64,000 nt of DNA, taken from contig MU008174.1 in assembly GCA_010909165.1 (NCBI GenBank), forward strand, positions 1,116,001-1,180,000. The letters run 5' to 3'. Origin of the DNA: Anthoceros angustus (lineage: Eukaryota > Plantae > Anthocerotophyta). Shown here one piece after another: positions 57,900-64,000 of this stretch. The notes under the pieces are model-generated. The model was not told the DNA's origin, did not search any database, and saw nothing but the letters and a program-made list of their open reading frames with translations. The position numbers and the translations under genes were made by a program. Numbering within the stretch: the stretch's first letter is position 1; each line of letters starts with the position of its first letter.

Positions 57900-58770
57900 G
57901 TACGTACGGGCTCCGAGCCATCCTTGAATACATGTTTCAGGTAACCAATAAGGTGGCAAGCTCACCTCTTGGCAATCTCGATTCAGGGATGAGAGGAAGC
58001 TATAGAGAATGCTAATCAAAGATTCTTATTACGAGTGTGAAGTTGATTCAGAACCAATTCATACGATTTGCGCACCGGGTGCTGAAATGCCGATCAGATG
58101 CGGTATACTCATCAAATGCTCTATCTAGCTAGATTCCTTGTGTGATCAGTGGTGCATTGAAGGTGGCTTAGTCCCATCCGCATCCACTCGACTCATACGA
58201 ACTTTGCGGCTACAGGCTACAGCTGGCTGCAGGAAGCATCCCTGATAGACATGGGTGGCTTGGGGTCATACGAAGGTGTGCAGGAAACTCCTCGATTATA
58301 GTTCGGCAACGCATGTCTTGTCCTCGCATTATTTTGCACAATTTGATCGGGCAAGTATGCTGTAAACACGTACATATCTCCGGTAAGCCATAACAACCAA
58401 CATGGCCTGTGGTAACGGGTGTGGATAGTGTTTCTCTCTTTTTTACAATTTTGATGTTCTTTCATATCTGGGTCTTGTTTCACATATTTTGGCTGCTATG
58501 CCTGGTCTTTGCTGTTATGCTTGTTGCCCACATATTGTCCGTGGAAGGAATGGGGTACGCTTGTTGTGAGAATCCGTCCCCGAATTCAGATCATGCAATG
58601 CTTGGTGAATACAACTTGCCATGGAGGACATGTTTTGCCCAAATTAAAGACGAAAGGTGTGGGCCCAAACAAGGTACGTAGTTTTAGTACATACATGAAA
58701 CAACCAGATGTGCAAAGACGGTGGACATGCACGGGTAGGTTGACAATTGGAGAGGCAATTGACATGTGAA
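57900..58770. repeat. Inter-germin spacer, paralogous to 60790-61560
   Basis: Collinear blocks in both places: 'gtgtgaagttga..ttcatacgat..ggtgctgaaat.ccga.cagatgcggtat', 'catcccgcatccactcga', 'gcaggaagcatcc', 'atgcttggtg.ata', 'gcacgggtaggttgacaa'. Confidence 0.85.
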
Positions 58771-58794
58771 AACACACATTTGAACACAGCTTCT

Positions 58795-58856
58795 CACAAG
58801 GAAGAAGAGCACAGCGGCGGCCGCCACTAGCGTGACCTGGTCAGCTTTTCGCCATC
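58795..58856 (-). pseudogene. Signal-peptide-only remnant of a germin gene (copy B1)
   Basis: ATG followed by (frameshifted) 'QVTLVAAAAVLFFL', then an abrupt switch to spacer sequence. Its upstream 58860-59040 aligns to the leader of copy B2 (62410-62570). Confidence 0.7.
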
Positions 58857-59300
58857 TCCAAGTCTTCTTGTAGAGAAATCTCAAATTCCAAGTCTGAACT
58901 TGGCCACTTGCCCTGGAAAGTTCACCGTCTGAAATTTGAGCTGGTGCTAGCGATACATATATGTATGCAATCAGACAACTCACACCCGCCAATTCCTCGA
59001 AGAAAATGGCTGCCGATCGGCGCTAGTACTGACTCAGGCCTACACCAGAGGCAGTTGGCTGCAAGTGCTGTAGAAAATAGGCGGATGCTGCTCAGCAGGA
59101 TTGAAAGACAATGTACGCTTTCTTAGAACAGGACTGGTGAGGTACGGAGATGAGAAGGATGCCTCCAGCTTCCAATGAGAAGGAGGCAGGTCACATGACA
59201 GGACATCTATTCCTATGACCTATCAATGTGGGTAGAGGATATCTATGAGCATGACTTATCATCGCGGGTAGAGATATCATCTACATATTCCAAAGACTTA

Positions 59301-60007
59301 TCAATGTGGGTAGAAGGCCTCCTGCTTCTTCTCGAGGGCCTTTACATGCTTGGCATTGATGCCAAACGTTTGTGACAAAACATCCACAGGAATGCCTGAG
59401 GTGAAGAGGGCAGGGCGAAGTTGGAAGCCGGAGAGTACTGCGTGTTGAGAGCTGAGATGACCCAGGATGCACCATCTGCTAAATTCTTCATGAAGATCAA
59501 GGATCCCTCGGGAACACGAACACTTCACCCTGCTTCAGAACAGTGCTGTAGAGCTTGTTGGCTTGGGACGGCACGAATCCCACCTCCAGCTCGCCTTCCA
59601 CCAGGTAGATGATCTCGGTGGCCCTGGCGTGGTGGTGCGGCGGGTTGAGCCCACCCTTAGCGAAGTCGATCCTCTGCAAAGCGATGCCGAGGGTGTTCAG
59701 CCCAGGGAACACGTTCACGAATCCGCTGGTGACCACTGCTCCAAGAGGGTGCTTGCTGGTGTCGCCGGTGTAACCAGGCCGGAGAACTTGAAGTCCTCGG
59801 CAGTCGTGTCGGCCACGGACTTGCAAGGAATCCATTGATGTGGGGGTTTGGATTGCTAGTGTCCTTGGCGACGCAGAAATCCTGCAACGGGTCGGCGTCG
59901 TTCGCCAAGATGAAGCCCGGCGCAGACGCAAGGAACAAGAGCACAGCGGCTGCCACCATCACCGTGACCTGCACCCCTGTTCCTGATTGCTTCGTGTGTG
60001 CCGCCAT
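59301..60007 (-). CDS. Germin-like (cupin) protein, copy A2; intronless, two single-base homopolymer deletions in the assembly
   Basis: Signal peptide, 'DADPLQDFCVA...NGFPCK', box 1 'GGLNPPHHHARATEIIY', 'VFVFPRGSLIFMKN', ending 'QEAFYPH*'. Apparent -1 shifts at ~59828 and ~59506. Confidence 0.85.
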
Positions 60008-61716
60008 CTCCAAAGGCCTTAGAACCTTCCACAGCTGCCTTGCAAAACGGGTATACGCAATAGGCTGACGAAGAGCCCAACAAATGAGCTGTGGAGAGGT
60101 CTGACAGGCCTTCAACGTGATTGAGCACTACTCCACTTCGATTGAAAGTGCGATTGCTGTTGCTGATGAGACCGCAAAGACAGAAGTTGTGAGCAAGCCT
60201 GAATGTGTGAAGCAGCTAAAGCTTGTTGACATGCTCGGCTCTGGCTACCTGCTTTATAGTGGCCCCATTTGCTCAAAGACGCGTCTGCAGTTGCCGTCAA
60301 CGTCCCAGCCTCCAGGTGCTTCACTAAAGAACTCATATCTTCAACGACTTGCGCCAGTTGCGATCAAGTCAAGCTGGACACGCCATCTTTCCGACATTTG
60401 ACTCCTCCAGGATGCATGCTACTCCCAGGCCCAACGGGCCCACAGTCCCCACCTGGGGCCTACTATGCAAGCAACGAAGGACTGGTGTCAGCATCCCACG
60501 GAGAGCCTGACAGGACATACAGCACACGAATCCGGTAACTGCAATTGTTTAGTAGAGACTAGAGTCGTAATCATGTTGGCAACATCATATCCACATAGCT
60601 ACAGGCTACAACCCGTCGTTGAGAATAGAGACTTTATTATGAAAAACAGATTGGAAAAACCCATCCACATGTGACAAAGGAAACAACCCCCAGGAGAGTA
60701 CAAGACCATAGCACTAACCCCCGTTGTGGCCGATCTTGTAGCTACCGACCGCGCCAAGAATATCAAAATCGGGGATAGGAATCTTCAAGATGTACATGTT
60801 TCAGCTTCATTGTGCAAGCTTGCCTCTCATTGGCAACGATATCGCATGCATTCAGCTATTGGAAGCAGCCAATTGAAGACCCTTGTTACATGTGTGAAGT
60901 TGACCCATTTCATACGATATCTGCATCCGGTGCTGAAATTCCGACCAGATGCGGTATCCTCGTCGAATGCCCCAGATTCTACTAATATGATGACTTTTGC
61001 ATTGAAGGTGGATTGGCTCCATCCCGCATCCACTCGACCCAGAGAAGGTTTGTGGCTACAGCTGCCCGCAGGAAGCATCCTTGGTGTTACAACGCGAAGG
61101 TGTGCAGGAAGCTGCCTGAGGTCACGAATGTCGTGTATTTGACTCCTTGCATTACTTTGCATGATTTTGAAAGTCTGCTGCCAATGCGTACCCGACCATA
61201 ACCGACAACAAACAAGGTGGCCTCTGCTAACGTGTGTGGAGAGTGTCTTTCCTTTCTTAAGAATCGGCTGTGCTTGCACCTCTTGGTCATGTGATCACAT
61301 GTGAACCATTCCTAGATTGTTTGGCTACTATGCCTAGTTTTGTTTGTAGTGGAACTTTACGGAAGGATCTGAGTACGGTTGTGATGAGAAGCCGTTCCAG
61401 AATACCAAATCATGAGATGCTTGGTGTATACTGCTTGCTTCCAGGAGGCCATGTGCAAGGTAGTTATAGTACATGGAAAGAACATGATGTGCAAAAAGCG
61501 CTGGAATTGCAGTACTGCACGGGTAGGTTGACAACTGGTACATTTGCGCTGAGAGAGTCCTGTACCGGTGGAGACCGAACGAGGCTTTAGATGCGTGTGC
61601 CATCGACGCAACTTGATACACCAAATTGAAGAATTGGAAATCATATTTGTATTGGAACGATGAGCCACAACGACATCCATACAGAGTATCGAAAAAACAT
61701 GTTACAGATAGCTATA

Positions 61717-62404
61717 TCAATGTGGGTAGAAGGCCTCCTGTGTCTTCTCGAGGGACTTCACGTACTTGGCACCCACGCCAAACGTTTGTGACAGAACATC
61801 CACAGGGATGCCTGAGGTGAAGAGGGCCGGGGCGAAGTTGGAAGCCGGAGAGTACTGCGTGTTGAGAGCTGAGATGACCCAGGACGCACCATCTGCCACA
61901 TTCTTCATGAAGATCAAGGAACCCCTTGGGAACACAAACACCTCACCCTTCTTCAGCACGGTGGTGTAGAGCTTGTAGGCTTGGGACGGCACGAACCCCA
62001 CCTCCAGCTCGCCTTCCACCAGGTAGATGATCTCCGTGGCCCTGGCGTGGTGGTGCGGTGGGTTGAGCCCACCCTTAGCGAAGTCGATCCGCTGTAAAGC
62101 GATGCCGAGCGTGTTGAGCCCCGGAATACGTTCACGAATCCGCTGGTGACAACTGCTCCAAGAGGGTGCTTGCTGGTGTCGCCGGGTGTAACCAGGCCGG
62201 AGAACTTGAAGTCCTCGGCAGTCGTGTCGGCCACGGACTTGCACGGGAATCCATTGATGTGGGGTTGGGGTTGCTGGTGTCCTTGGCGACGCAGAAATCC
62301 TGCAACGGGTCGGCGTCGTTCGCCAGGATGAAACCCGGCGTAGAAGCAAGGAAGCAGAGCACAGCAGCTGCCGCCACCACCGTGATCTGGACCCTCGTTG
62401 CCAT
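61717..62404 (-). CDS. Germin-like (cupin) protein, copy B2; intronless, two single-base homopolymer deletions in the assembly
   Basis: Same motifs as A2. ATG at 62404, TGA at 61717-19. Apparent -1 shifts at G4 62261-64 (G5 in the paralog at 56926) and at 62123. Confidence 0.85.
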
Positions 62405-64000
62405 CTCCAACCTTGCTGGTGGAGAAACAAGTTCCAACTCTGCAAGTTCACGTCCGAATTCTAAGCTGGTGCTAGCGATGTGTGCAATCCACACCACTCA
62501 CACCCACCAATTCCTCCGACTAAATGAAAGCCGATGGGCACTTCTACTGATGCAGGCCGTCAGCCTTGGCAGTGAAGATGTGAACTGCAACCTTCTGGTG
62601 TCGATCAAAGGCAGATGTTGCCCAGCTCGATTGAAAGAAAGAAGAATATTTGCTGAGAACTGCTGAGAACTCCTGATGAGATAGATGAGATATGGAGATC
62701 AGGAGGCAGCCTGCAGCTATATATGTGATCATGGCCCTCAGGAGCGTTTGGGGCGTTTGAACTTTGCAGACTCTGCACATCAGGTCAACTGAGTGCGGAA
62801 GGCACTCACTGCATCGTCATCGTTGCGCCGGCCTCTGTCAACGACTGGAGTCAAGCCTGACATGTCTTCAAGACTGACTAGTTTAATAAAACCACAGGCG
62901 GCGCAAGGCAGAGCCCACCTCCACCATGACCGACAAGAAGAGCCATAAAAATTCATCAGAGGAGTATGAACAGTACTGTACACTGCGTATACGTCAGCAT
63001 CCTACTGATCTGACATAGATCTGCATTCCATTACCGTAACGAATTCATAACCAAGTGATCAGATCCGCTTTGAGGCATTAGAAGATCCATCCATGAATCT
63101 ACTTGAAAGCACGCAATCACCGACTGCAAGTGGCTGCATTTGTCTACTTATAGCCCGAATCATACGACATCAAGAGGCTAGAGCCTGCCTGTAGTAAATT
63201 ATGATTTCTGGTCTCATGAGATTTCAGGCAGCTCGGGATCGATCATGATTCTCCTGACCAGATCTACTGGGTATACCCATGATGCATACAATGTAATGTA
63301 TGTAAGCTTTCAAATGTAATACATGAAGCTGTGGAGGAAGCAGCGCCGTTGAATTGACGCTATTGGGGGTCATTCCTGGTCGCGCACATCACCTGCTCAT
63401 GCATTAGAATACGATGAAGAGCTACGTGGCTGCCGTGGCAGGTTCCACAAAGAGCAAGCAATTTGCAAAGGTGCCGGCTGTGCCGTCCATCGGTCCTGAG
63501 CTCGTCCCATAGATCTTTCCATGGGCTTTGTGTACATTTGCTCCAATTATGATTTTTCTCTGAAAAGGCCATCTTCAAAACCAGTTTAAAAATTCATGGT
63601 AGTGGATACATCACAACGACATGAGATTCGAATACATGAATATTAGGAGGTACTTGTCATGGATATCCTCCAGTGGGTGCTTAGTCATATTGATGGTCCT
63701 CTTCAAGTACTTCCGGATCTTGGTGGTGGATGGTAACCAAGGTTTGTAATCACCACACCAGCACCTAATCGTATGCTCTCCAATCCCTCCTTTTATCCAA
63801 TGCTTGAGATGCCTTCCACAAACCTTTTCAGGTTTGCTATTCCACTATAGCTGCAAATCTCTCTCTTGCCGACCACTCTGCCTGTGAAGTTGGACTTCGA
63901 GATCAAGTTAACGCTACCCATAATTCACTCTCATCAGCCTAAGGACTCATCGCATGTTGTTCATAGGTATCATGAAGAGAACGAGATTGTTAGCGACACG

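Noticed and set aside
63300-64000. Short ORF fragments at the right edge
   Set aside because: Interrupted by stops in all frames and not recognisable; insufficient evidence for a gene or element.

Overview
Eukaryotic, land-plant nuclear DNA with two very different halves. (1) 1.6-24.9 kb is a compact gene-dense block with mostly 80-170 nt introns: BCKDH E1-alpha, SES1/canopy-like saposin protein, GRXS16, PPR4, PSRP1, a giant single-exon PTST3-like CBM48 protein, an uncharacterised coiled-coil protein, farnesylcysteine lyase and a SABATH methyltransferase. Retroelement RT fossils lie at the left edge. (2) 26.5-62.5 kb is a germin-like (cupin) gene cluster invaded by nested transposons. One ~0.65 kb germin gene is cut into three pieces across 29 kb by a 21.3 kb CACTA element (12-bp TIRs, AGA TSD) and a ~6.5 kb Ty1/copia element. 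The CACTA itself holds a copia remnant and a 6.1 kb TG..CA insertion that splits its transposase. Compactness, GC content and the cupin expansion suggest a hornwort- or lycophyte-like genome (inference only). The repetitive half has five indel-rich tandem duplications and homopolymer frameshifts that may be long-read assembly noise. Strongest leads: the PTST3-like protein with 11 evenly spaced ~80-aa sticker-spacer repeats between a plastid-type N-terminus and a coiled-coil+CBM48 end; a ~75-bp bulge-free hairpin in PPR4 intron 4; a germin clade lacking the third Mn-binding His; and the nested-TE architecture. Coordinates of repeat and TE-internal boundaries are approximate and were read by eye.
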